A stretch of DNA of 64,000 bases from Phoronis australis (Eukaryota > Animalia > Phoronida): NCBI GenBank assembly GCA_002633005.1, contig NMRA01000043.1, positions 1,023,588 through 1,087,587 on the forward strand, in the 5' to 3' direction. Of the stretch, positions 1-12,400 are shown one piece after another. How positions within the stretch are numbered: position 1 is the stretch's first letter; every line of letters starts with the position of its first letter. The notes beneath the pieces were generated by a model. That model had not been told where the DNA came from. It worked only from the letters and a program-made list of their open reading frames with translations, and did not search any database. Position numbers and translations under genes: made by a program.

Positions 1-788
1 CCGGCAAGTTTTATAGTAGCCCAAGTCAACCAAAGTTGAACATTAAGTAGAATCAATTCACTGGCTCCAAATGTCACTATCACCAAATACGGGGTTGAAT
101 TTTCTAAATTTCAAGTGCAGCCATTTGCTCTCGCTTACAACACATTGAAAGATGAAAAATACAAGTTTCCGATCGAAAGGGGTTTCGCTCACCCTTTTTT
201 TCCAAACTAGCCCTCCGCAGGCTTTTTGTGGAAGCAAAATGGACGTTTTCGTTAGAGCCAACAATTTTATTTCTGATGAAAAATGAGAGGGCAACGGCTG
301 ATATTGATTTTCGTTCGTGTCTGACTCAGTACTGTGGTGTTTCCTGGAGACGAATTTGTTATCTTTGTGTTCGTGGTTAATCTGCTAGTAACTGTTTGCA
401 GGATTTTTGTGAAATTTGGCATGTGCTTTCCTATGAATGTGACAACATATCGACTACCGGGCTTTAGACGTTCCTGACTGCCACAGGGTCCCATTTTCAG
501 TTTCAGTTCTTTTATGCTCGCTTCTGTATTTTCGGAGTTCCTTGAGGCCGGGATTTTCATGAAATTCAGTAATACGACAAGGCTTTCTATTGTCGGACAA
601 AGTTGCCAATGTATTTTGAGCCATCTGATGGCCATTTATACTATTTTGAGTCAGTTTTTTGTATCCGCCTCTATCTGTCAAGCCGCTTGAAGAGTCATTA
701 TAAAAATTAATGGATTTGTTACTGCTGAGAAGACTACGGCTTATCTTGATTTTGGGACGGATCGGATTACTGTGACACTATTCTAGTG

Positions 789-908
789 CATGGGCGGCGC
801 ATCATGGGCGGCGCATCATGGGCGGCGCATCATGGGCGGCGCATCATGGGCGGCGCATCATAGGCGGCTGGCTGTACCCTCACTTTTTTCAGTGCTGCGC
901 CGCCCATG
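789..908. mobile_element. Small MITE with a tandemly amplified left TIR
   Basis: CATGGGCGGCGCA ... TGCGCCGCCCATG; 5-bp TSD TAGTG (784-788, 909-913); 14-bp unit x~5.5. Confidence 0.7.
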
Positions 909-3431
909 TAGTGACATTTTTTTGCGTTACAAACTGTATCTCCTTGAATCTTGGCAGTATCTTCGTGAAATGTGACAATGATGAATGACCACGACTTATA
1001 GTTTGGATGAATCTGACTACCTCTGACCTCTAGCAGCAATATTAGTTTTTAACGTTGGCCTCTGTATATTTAGATTTCCTTTACGATTTTTCATAAAATC
1101 TGAGAAATGGGTCTTTGTTATCAGTAAAGGAAGCGACTGTCTGTGGATTCGACCACTTGTATACCACCCAGTGATCATTTTCATTCATTTCGAGCCCTGT
1201 TTTTGTAGTCCGCAGCCTGTAAGCCTGTCTCAAACAGCACGGAAGGTTTCTAATGATGAAAATCAGCAGATGTGATCCTACTGACAAGAGTTTCAGATGG
1301 GTGCAACCAATGAGCTTTTTATATTTATCTCATAGGGTGCAACTGCTGTGTTGCCTCCTAGTGGCATTATTTGCAACTACTGCAGCTGTATCTCCTGAAT
1401 CCTTGCTGGGTCTTTGAAAAATTTGGAAGTTTATTCCCATAAAACTTTAGAGCTGGTGTAGACTTCTTTTGGGCAGATTCCACTACCAATGTGCCTCCCA
1501 GTGGCAATATAATTTTTTATGTTAGTTTCTTTATCTTTGGAGTTCCTTGACAATGACCACAGGGCTAGCACTTGATGTGACAACACAACAGCTAAAAAAT
1601 AGATGCTGGGCTGGACTGCACCGAAGGCACACTGGCCAACCCCACTATGTGGACTTGAACCTGGTATGATTTGCACCACCAGAGGGTGCTCATAAACACC
1701 AAGAGTGAAGTGTGCAGTTTGAAACTGAATATATGTTGTAAATAAGACTTAGGACTTTTTAAAACTTTTATTCCATGTTCCAGCATGGGATGGTTTTATC
1801 AAAACTACAAAAAGACAGTTTACATTATTTCCGTTACACAAAGGAAAAGAATATATTGACTGAATTCACCTTTACAACTACACAATGACTACAGCCAAGT
1901 GAAAAACATTAGAAACCTTATCAAATCATAAAATGTGTTAAAGGGTATTTGTGGGACTTATATAACTAAGAAAGGTATTTTGCCGAATGATAGTTGCTTT
2001 GTTCTTAAAAGGCAAATTTGAATATCAGTGTTCTTGGTTATGTAAACATATACTATATGCTAGTCAGACTATGCTCCTGTGTGACTTCACACTCTGACCT
2101 GTGCATTCCAAGTTAAAATATAAACCATATGTATGTTAAATATATCATACAAAAAGAAAAAGTTGAATCTTCGGAATGTTCTCACATAGGAATGACTGCT
2201 TGTCAAAGTTGCCAACTGAAATACAGACTACCAAGTTAACAAAAATCGACAAAAAATGTTTTGAAAAAGAAAGATCTGAGAACAACTAGTTCCTTAAAGA
2301 GCAAGATAAACATCAACATGGATAAATGTGTATTAAGCAATTAAAAAACTAGGGATGCTTTAAAAGAAAAAAACATGCCAAAACAAAACCAACCGAACTA
2401 GCAAAAATATTTATGTTATCAGACAAATATTCTGTGAAGGAATGAGAGAAATTAAAAAAAAAGATTCTACAACATTATATGCATACAACAGGAATGTTGC
2501 TGAGCTTGTGCAACAACCCCAGGGTTATGACCCCAAGGTTATGACCCCAGGGTTGTTATGATCTGTATAAGAATAACACAAGGTGTAACTGTAGTTTGCT
2601 GTTGAGAGATAAGATTGACACGATAACCATTAATCACAGTTAATCTATGATAGCCTTGTTCAAAGCACAAATAAATTACTATAAAATCAACCACGCTGAC
2701 TTATGTTCATTTGAACAAATGAATGCCTAAAAACTTTTAAATCAAGCAACACCTTCATACATTTGACTGTATGTTTAAAGTGGCAATATACTTGCCTTTG
2801 GCTCTCTAAAATACAAAGTTTGACTTGAATGACTTTTTGATAAAAATTGGTCTCTAATTGTTCCTTACTCGAAAAATGATTTTTGGGTTATGGCAGTGTT
2901 ACTTGTGCCCAGCCAAGTTGTTGACCTTAACCTAAAGCAAAACAGTGTCAGTCAATTCTTCCCAATCCCACACTTGGGGGTTGACCATTCAGAATTCATA
3001 GGGGGTAACAAATCAATTATCAAATTTAAAACAACCACAAACCCTTTCTTAAAGTGGGTTTAGTTACATAGTACAACTGAGACAGTCATAGGACTAAGAG
3101 TAGGCTTCACAAACAATTGCTTTCACTCACCTGGTCTATCAATTTCAAAAAGCATATTGTGTGTGAAAGACACCCAGGATTTATGATCATTCACAAAATT
3201 CTAAGCCACAACCTGGACAAGTTACCTCTCCAAGTGCAAAATACAAAAATCATCTCTAATCTAGAGAACAAACAAGTCAGCATCAAATTTATAATGATAC
3301 ATGGTTAAAATCAAAAGATATATTTTTTGCCGGAAAGGGAGTTTACAGTGGCTTTGAAAACAAGCAAATATGTATCCGTGTTGACAAGCATCTCAATAGA
3401 AGAAACTCCTAAATAACCAACTCAGAGTTGT

Positions 3432-3499
3432 TCAGTGTACAGAGGTGTTGGAACTAGGCCTTGCACCTATGGTCATCCTGTCCGTCATCTCTGCAATCT
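3432..3499 (-). CDS. Kinesin terminal exon 18
   Basis: Acceptor tttctttgcag; phase-1 join gives [22 protein letters not shown], continuing the coiled coil. Confidence 0.7.
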
Positions 3500-6400
3500 C
3501 TGCAAAGAAACAAATATTTGAATGTCCACATGACATCTTTCTCACAGTGAATGTTAACTAACTCAAAGCTAAAGTCAAATGCAGGCAATGTGCCACTGAA
3601 CAGGAAGGCCTCAGTAGTACAGCTGAACAGGAAGGCCTCAGTAGTAAAGCTGAACAGGAAGGCCTCAGTAGTACAGCTGAACAGGAAGGCCTCAGTAGTA
3701 AAGGAACTATAAACATGCATTTCATCACAAAAACAATTTTTCATTTGGACCACTTAAATGCTGTTCTGAATCTCAAATAGTTCCTTATTGAAATTGGAGA
3801 TCTGGCAGTTCGTTAGGAAGCGTTCATATGTCATTACTCAAGAGGGGAGGGGTTTGGAAAAGATGACGATTTATGACACGGAGGGGGGGGGTAGACTCAC
3901 GGTGACATCATCGTGTGGTTTATTAGAATATATCTCCATCATTGTGAAACTGGTTCACCTAACATAACTGACTAATTCAAAAACTGGGACCCATCATTTC
4001 TTGCTTCCAAGATTTGTTCACATCAATTCACACACGGCTTACCTTATAAACATGTATTCAGACAAACAGCAGACTCACTCAATTACTGCCTAAAATGGGG
4101 GATTGGCTGTGATCACATAAGTAGAGGCTGAGGGAGTCATACTATAATGATCTTCAATGATGACAGAGGGGGCAAGAGGGCTTGTCATATAACGTGGTTT
4201 ATTAGAATACTTCCATCATGGCACATATCGTTGGGAAAGTAGTTCACCATCTACCAGCATTGACTAATTCCAAAAATCGGGACCCACCATTTCTTGCTTC
4301 CAAAATTTGACCTTATTTCATTAGGCTTACCTCACAAACATTTATATACAGACCAACATGAGGCTCACTCCATCACATACTGCCTATATGAAGAGGGAGA
4401 TTGACTGCGATCACGTAATTAGAGGCTCAAGAAGTTATACCATGATGACCAGCGATGACATGGAAAAAGTGGGAAATTTTGGATGACGTAAGATATGAAT
4501 GCTCCCTTGTCGCTTGAAGATCATGGGTCTTCAGTTCAAGTTGGTTTGTCATGGTGAGTCACTTTACTTATATACCGAGCATGGTACCAACGGATAATGA
4601 ACTGCCAATTTCCAAATCCTGAAACCAGTTCTCAGTTAAATAAAGGACAACAAGTGGTGTGGAGCACAGGCTTACAAACACCTTAATAAAACAGTTAAAA
4701 TTCATCATTCAAAAAGTTCCATTTATTTGTTTGTACTTTCAAACTATTTAAAATATAGCAAATACAAACATTACAATGATCAAAGTTAGTAAAAGACTTT
4801 CGAAATCATAGATAGAAACCACTCAAAAATAGTTGAAAAGCTCAAGTGCCCTATATAATCACAATACATTCATGGTATATTAGGTCAAGAAACATTGATA
4901 TTCAAACTAATCGAAGTCACTTAATTTCTTTGAAAAGTTCTGTGTCAAGGAGTCCCCATTTAGTTATACAGCAGAACAATGGGTACTGTATATAATTGAT
5001 AAAGCTGAAAGGCAGGGAGGCAATCTGCTCTCAGTAAAACCAATGTACTATTCTCAGAAAAAAGCCTCCATTAAATTTCCAGGAAAAATATCTAAGAATA
5101 GCTCTGTCAGCTATATATAAGGTCAAGCACACAAAATTCCGATTAAAGTTGATCACCATGGCTGCCTTGTACCTTACTCAAGATACTCAAATGATGTTGC
5201 GAAACAAGTTTGTAGTGATTATTGGGGATTCAAGTAAGTCATTACAAACTCACAGGACAAAAGCCACTCCCCAATAGGGCTCAAATTTAGGGCAATGTGA
5301 AGTCTTATAGCCTTAAGGACACAATTAAGTTATCAATCTAGTTTTAACTCGTTTCATACCGTCTGATTTGAGATGGAATAGAGACGACTTCTGGGTTTGG
5401 AAATAACTAATATTTCATTATTACTTGAGATAAGGCTGAATTGTTAGTTAGTGCCAAGCAGGGGTCTCAAGCAGGGGTCTCAAGCAGGGGTCCCAAGCAT
5501 TATCCAACTCTCCATTCTTCCATAGCCAAGAAATCATTCCTGGCAAGAGTAACAAGCAAGTTGAGACCAATTTTATGGAAGAAAGCACTCTAAATCAAGC
5601 GTTCGTTTTTTAAGTCACAGGCAGGCTTATTATAGGGTCGTCCAAGATTACAATGATAGAACTCTTCTTTGACCCAGAGATAAGAAAATGCATGCCTCAT
5701 TTTGGAAGGTCACGTCGTAAACTGTTGAGAAGTGGATTCTGAAGTATTCTGACAAACTTGTTTGATCCACTAGTTCAACATTTTCTAAACTTTGATTGAT
5801 GTCGAAAGGGTGAAGAACTTAACATCACACATCTATGGATATTTGTCAACTATTTTCACCTTTTCCCATCAAAGTTGCCTTTAAAAAAATGACTAAGAAA
5901 AAAATCTTCAAAATTTACACAATAAATGTTTCTTTTAATCCTCTGGTCAGACACAACAAAGATGGTAACAGTCATTTGTTTATCTTTTGCAAAATTTAAA
6001 CCCTTTCCACCATAATACATTTCAGTACAACGTTCCATGTATAAAGATCTGGTACAATTGGTTCAACGTAAAGACTACATCAAGGAAGAGGCACTTAAAG
6101 AGAAGGTTAGTGGTAGGATATAACAACATCACAGGTTGTCAAGATCATTAATTCATTTTAAATCTATAAATCTGTGGGGCGCACTAAATAAACTTTGTAT
6201 GAGACATTCGAATATCTAATGTTCTCAAACACAACCAAAAGTGCATTTGAAAGTAGACACCAACCATCCTCTCTGTTCATGAATATTGGTCAAGGAGATT
6301 CATAGGTATTGAGGCAGGCACGTGAAAACAAAACTGCTACTATGAGACACCAAACTAAACAGACCTGTCCAAAATCAACCGCAGCTGTTCTCACCTCAAC

Positions 6401-9400
6401 ATGATCAAATATGCCAAAATTTGCAAAGAACTTTATGATTGGCAAATGTCACAAAGGAATGTCACAGTAGATTCAACCGAAAATTAATGTTGGCAGTTTG
6501 GCAGGTAGAGATTCAGCGATCAAAAATCAAGTACAAAATAACACAAATGGCCACTAGGGGTCACTGTCTAAAATTAAGATAGCGGCATCATCACCGTAAC
6601 TTACTTAATGCGTGAAATACAATTTTTGACAGAATGCTGGTTCATAGCAGCCTTACTTTATCTTCTATTTTTGACAGAATGCTGGTTCATAGCAGCCTTA
6701 CTTTATCTTCTATTTTTGACAGAATGCTGGTTCATAGCAGCCTTACTTTATCTTCTATTTTCAGGGTGAAGAAGAGTGCAACGGTGATAAACGTATTGAA
6801 TTTGGAGAAAAAACAAACAAAACCAATTATAAAGAAGTTAGAGAATACAAAACGAGTGTATTCAGGATAAGATTCTACTTCGTCACTCGATGTTACAGCG
6901 AGTACATGGAATCCATACTAAATACATTATCAGAAGGTCGTAACCCTGACCTGTTGATCTTGAGCTCTTGTCTGTGGGACATAACACGGTAAGAAAGATT
7001 TGATATCTCCATTTAATAGACACTGTTAGACCATAAGTTCTTATTGGAAAGCATTCTAGTTTATTTGCCTAAATGCAATAGGCTTTTTCTGCCAACCTGA
7101 AAAAAACTGGGAGTCTTCTGCAGACAAGCTCAGGGCATTTATTCTCAAAATATCAATCCAAATATTAGTCAGTAAACTAACCTGGAATTCGTCTGGGCTG
7201 AGGTATTGACTAATTCAAATATATTCCCGCTCACATATTTGGAAGTGATGCAAATGTAAAAACATTGAGTAAATTTATTGACAAGTTTCATTACATAATG
7301 TCTAAATGTATATAGGTGTACATGGAATTGGTTTGCAGTACACATAGGTTAACACGCAGTGCGATAGAAAAGCATATGACCAAGCTGCAGAACATGACAG
7401 GTGACTTTCATAAAATAGATGAATACAAACTCTTTGATGAAATATCACAATTCTAAATTACAAATCAAAAATCTTATTGCCAAATTATGATTTGTCCATT
7501 TCCCAATTTATTGTTTATAATGATAATTTTGTAAGCGCACATAATGAATGCATCTCATCGGTCTTGGTAGACCATTGTGGCATCATGGAGGATGACGCGT
7601 TGGGATTACAGGCTCAATGACGAGCCATGAACAGGGGGACTGGGAAACATCATTTAGATAAACTACTCATAGCATGTGCTGTTAACTTGACAAACTCATT
7701 TGTATTTCTATGCAAACTAGATGTAGAATAGGAACCTTACATTAAAAATACTGCTCACACTCTCTAACAAGCCTGTAACTATTTTGAAATATATTCTATC
7801 ACTTTACATTTTAGGTATGGTAAAAACAGCTGCAAAGACTACGTTAAAAATATTAAAAAGCTTTGCTATGAGCTACACAAAAAATTCCAAAGGCAAAGAA
7901 CCACTATCGTGTGGAGAACATGTCTACCTTTGGGGAAAAATCCTTATGGCAAAGTCATGGGAGTGTACTATCCACTTGACAGTGAAGTAACTAATCATAA
8001 TATAATGGGAGCTAATGAAGTTGCCGCAATGTATTTTGAAAATCATAATTTTTCGGTTGTTTACATGGATATGTATTTGTGCTATTCAAGACGACACATG
8101 ATGCCAGATAATATTCATTGGAACTCTGTAGCTCATCGTCACATGACCAACATTCTTCTGACACATGTAGCATATGAATGGGGATATCCAGTTCCCAAAC
8201 GCTATATCATTGAGAAGTATGAGTTTTTGTACACTCCGTTTCCAGTGTTTGATTGTAACGGATATGTAGATTTTTTTCTATCTTACGATATACCACACTG
8301 GTTGCACTTTTGTTACATTTGTGAAATATGGTGTACACAATGTAACTGTCCATAGATAGATGTAACATGTTTTAGTGTAAGAGTTCATTTTAATAAATTT
8401 TCTGTAAAAACATCCCAGTTAGAATAGTTTTATGAAATGACCAGTTATGAATATTTCTGGCGGACGTACTTAGTTAAAACATTGCAGGGATCAAAACTGT
8501 CCCTTTCTACAGAAAATGTTAGACTGACAGTCTCAAATCTATCCGCCTTTCCTGTACAACTGTGCTGGTGCGACCTCTGTTGGGTAGTGATTGAAATGTC
8601 CTATGGACCTTGTTTAAAAATCCCTCCCTGAATCATTGTGGTAGATCGAGATTTATGCTATCTAAAACCTGACATAGGGCATTTCATTCACTACATTTCA
8701 TGAACGTACTGCCAGTCAACTATCTTCTGTAGAAGGGCACAGTTGTGGTTCTCGCAATGTAAAGTTATAACTGGGTACGTCTGGCTGAAATATTCATTAG
8801 ACATATACACGGACCTGGATGAATTATAGTCTTCATCAGTTCACAGTTTTATCAACCACACAAAATCACAGATCTCAAACATTTTCATAATCTATGAAGT
8901 ATGGTGGCTAGAATAAGAACACTGCTGTGTTGATATATCACTGAACTACTTACCCTGTTTTAATGCTTGGTTTTCTTGGACTAGTTCAGAGTTGCGAGTG
9001 GACAAAAATACAGCATCTTGTATCGCATCTTCCAGTAATATCCGGTATCTTTGCTCTAGAGCAGCCTTCTGCTCCTCAAACACTTCTCGGTACTGTCTGA
9101 ATGTCTGCCAAAATAAATGATTGGTGTTATGAATAAAATGTTTACAATAAGCCCCATTCACACAGTAACTTAGTTACATTTATTGAATAACCGAAAAGAC
9201 TATATTAACAATAATAATAGACAATGAAAGGAATGGCAAACACTTCCAATCACTAAAGGATCATTGACTCAGTCAAATGCCTGTGTCACATAAAGCTTCT
9301 GAGTATTGTCTATTATACTGTGGAGTGACATTTCACATTTCACAATCAAAAATGTGTTGATCAGTTTCTCTGAATTGCTTGATACTAATATAATCCAAAG

Positions 9401-12400
9401 AATCGCCTGGGTAAAAACACCCAAAGACTAGGGATACAACATAGACCTAAGTGTACTCCCCCCCACAAGAACACCATATTGAGCAGCACAGTGACCGGGA
9501 ATAACCTCTGCAGGCCAGTTTGTTATGTGTCAGTACCAACTACACTTGACAGGTCACTTCCAGTTTGTTAAATGTAAGTATCCTCACACACTTGGCACCT
9601 CACTCCCAGTTTGTTACCTGAAAGCACCCCACACACTTGGCATCTCACTCAAAGTTTGTAACCTCTAAATACCCCACACACTTGGCGTCACACTCCCAGT
9701 TTGTAACCTCTAATACACAATTGGCATCTCACTCCCAGTTTGTAACCTCTAAGTACCCCACACAATTGGCACCTCACTCCCAGTTTAAAACCTCTAAGTA
9801 CCCCACACAATTGGCACCGCACTCCCAGTTTGTAGCCTCTAAGTNNNNNNTTGGCATCTCGCTCCCAGTTTGTAACCTCTAAGTATCCCACACACTTGGC
9901 ATCTCACTCCCAGTTTGTAGCCTCTAAATACCCCACACACTTGGCATCTCACTCACAGTTTGTAGCCTCTAAGTATCCCACACACCTGGCACCTCATTCC
10001 CAGTTTGTAACCTCTAAGTATCCCACACACTTGGCATCTCATTCCCAGTTTGTAGCCTCTAAGTACCCCACACACCTGGCACCTCACTCCCAGTTTGTAA
10101 CCTCTAAATACCCCACACACTTGGCGTCACACTCCCAGTTTGTTACCTGGAAGTGCTGTAGTTGCTGCACTTCAGCCTCCTCTTTGTGACGCTTGTATGT
10201 CTCGTCAAGAGCCTTCTGTAAACGGCCCTTCTCCTGCTCAATAGTAGCCAGCTGAAGTAGAGTTCAACAGAGAAAGTCAAAACACTTGATCTAACATCAG
10301 GAAAATAGCCAAAAACCCCACAAAGACAGTGGCACCCAAAGGAAAGAATTGTCAGCATTCAAGAAAAACAAGTGTTTGTCATACAGGGACTGAACAGTCC
10401 ATGTCACTGTAAGATCCATGCATGTTGCAAGGATATAACTTTTAGGAGTTAATTATTTTAATTGGAGCAAAAATCAGAAGTTGAACCCAATATATACAAA
10501 CTTGTATGATCAAACAATTAAATATGCAATGAGTGCCATAATGATTAAAAGTGTAGTGTCAAAACTGGATTTTACTGCTGTAACCTAGAAAATGATGTCA
10601 AACTTGCCAAATTTGACTAGAGTCTTACCTACACCTACATCTAAGTATTAAATAGGAAAACATGAGCAAAGCGTTGATATGCACCCACCATGAACATCCA
10701 TCAAAGAACTTGGCAAACATCAAGGCAAATGCAAAGGAAAACAAAAATGCCAATAGGCGACTCAAGGCTTGGAACGATCAATGACAAAAAAGAGGAAAAT
10801 TTTCCATGTGATGTATCGTTCTACAAAAAAATAAACTTGTGTGACAGAATTTTTTGCGCTGTAAAATTCAACTGAAATAAATGTTTTTGCATGAATAAAA
10901 TAAAAATAATGATAGAAAAGATACAAAAAAGAGGAAACTGGAAATCAAATAAGAGGAAATCAAAACCAAAAAAGGAAATTCTCTTAAAAGAGGGAAATTC
11001 CAAACCCTAGTGACTAAGCAGCAGTCTGATTTGTCTCAACATCCACTTCATTTGCCCTTTCCTCAACAGAAATGCATTGCCAAATATCATGAACATTCAT
11101 CAAGGAGCTTGATTGAGACACATGCAAAAAATAAAATTGTCACAAGACGGCACCACAGCAGTCTTAACCGTTCAAAAATCAATGTCAGACATGCAGTTCC
11201 CAGCAGAAACACATATGCAAATTTTCAAAATGATCCTTAGATCTTGGATATTAAAGAGGAAGCTGCCAAAAACCAGACTCAATAAAATAGGTGACATACA
11301 ATGGATCAAATTTATCTGAAAACAATAATTTGTTATTGTCACTTTAATAAAAAAAAACTAGTTGCCATGTTTCATGAACATTTGCTATGGAACTCCGAAT
11401 CATTGCTGGTCGTCCTCTTGCCAACAGGAGCACATATTATACAAATTGTCACTACAACCCTTAGAGTGGTTTGACCAATACAGCAGCAGGTGCCAAAAAA
11501 CAGAGACTGCAAACTACAAAAACTGCCACTAGGCAGCACTGAATATGTCAAATCCATATGAGAATGACCAGACAGTGTTGTCTCCTAAATAAATACCCAT
11601 TTTCCAAATTTCATGAAAATTTGTCAAGGGCCTACGAAAATATGAAGGCAAAAAACTAAAATTACTGTTGTGGGACACAACGGTAGCTGGATTCATCTGC
11701 AAATTTACTCCTGCTCTCCCATATATGATAGGAACATGTATGCAAAAATTCATAAGCATTCACCAGTGTTTTGGAGATACAGCAGCAAATGGCGGATGGA
11801 AAGACAGATGAGGATGACAGCACAATTTTAAGTTTCCTTCTTGAGATATCGCAGCAACAAGATTTCTCTAAGTTGAGCTCTTAAATTTCTCGCTATACCC
11901 TGCAAATGACGCCAAGGTCACCAAAAATGAAGTGATGCCTGCTGATATCTACATCTCGCCACAAAATATGAACAAAATGTAAAACGTCATTCTTGAAATA
12001 TCTGCAACAACATTTTCTAAGTAAAAACTTGATTTTCTGTCTACAACCTTAAAATGAGGTCAAGGTCACCAAAATTGACAGGCGCTTACAAATGGCCCCC
12101 TACACTTCAATACAAAATACGAACAAAATCTTAAGTTTCTTTTCTGAGATACAGCACCAAATTATGTGTTATATGTCCCCCATTTCATGCTAACATGTGT
12201 AGCGGACAAAATTAAGGTGAAGTTACGTTGGTTGTAAATTAGAGCCCTTTCAGCCATCTCTTCCTAAAACGCTAACACGTTTTCGGCATTTACCATTTTG
12301 GATATTGCATGTTTTTAACACGTCAAGTAGTTATTTTCACCCACCATTCAGAAGAGATTCAATTCCAAGATGGGAACCGGTCTAACACTATATTTGATTA

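Noticed and set aside
58-681. Overlapping minus-strand ORFs at the window start
   Set aside because: No recognisable domain; contains ccaaatttcacaaaaatc motifs like the HINE-type repeats, so probably repeat DNA
9556-10146. CRISPR-like appearance of the regular repeats (also 27550-27760, 28217-28452, 50190-50782)
   Set aside because: Head-to-tail units with no unique spacers, no cas genes, eukaryotic intronic context: minisatellites
9637-10189. Repetitive ORFs ([15 protein letters not shown]...)
   Set aside because: Translation of a minisatellite inside a kinesin intron
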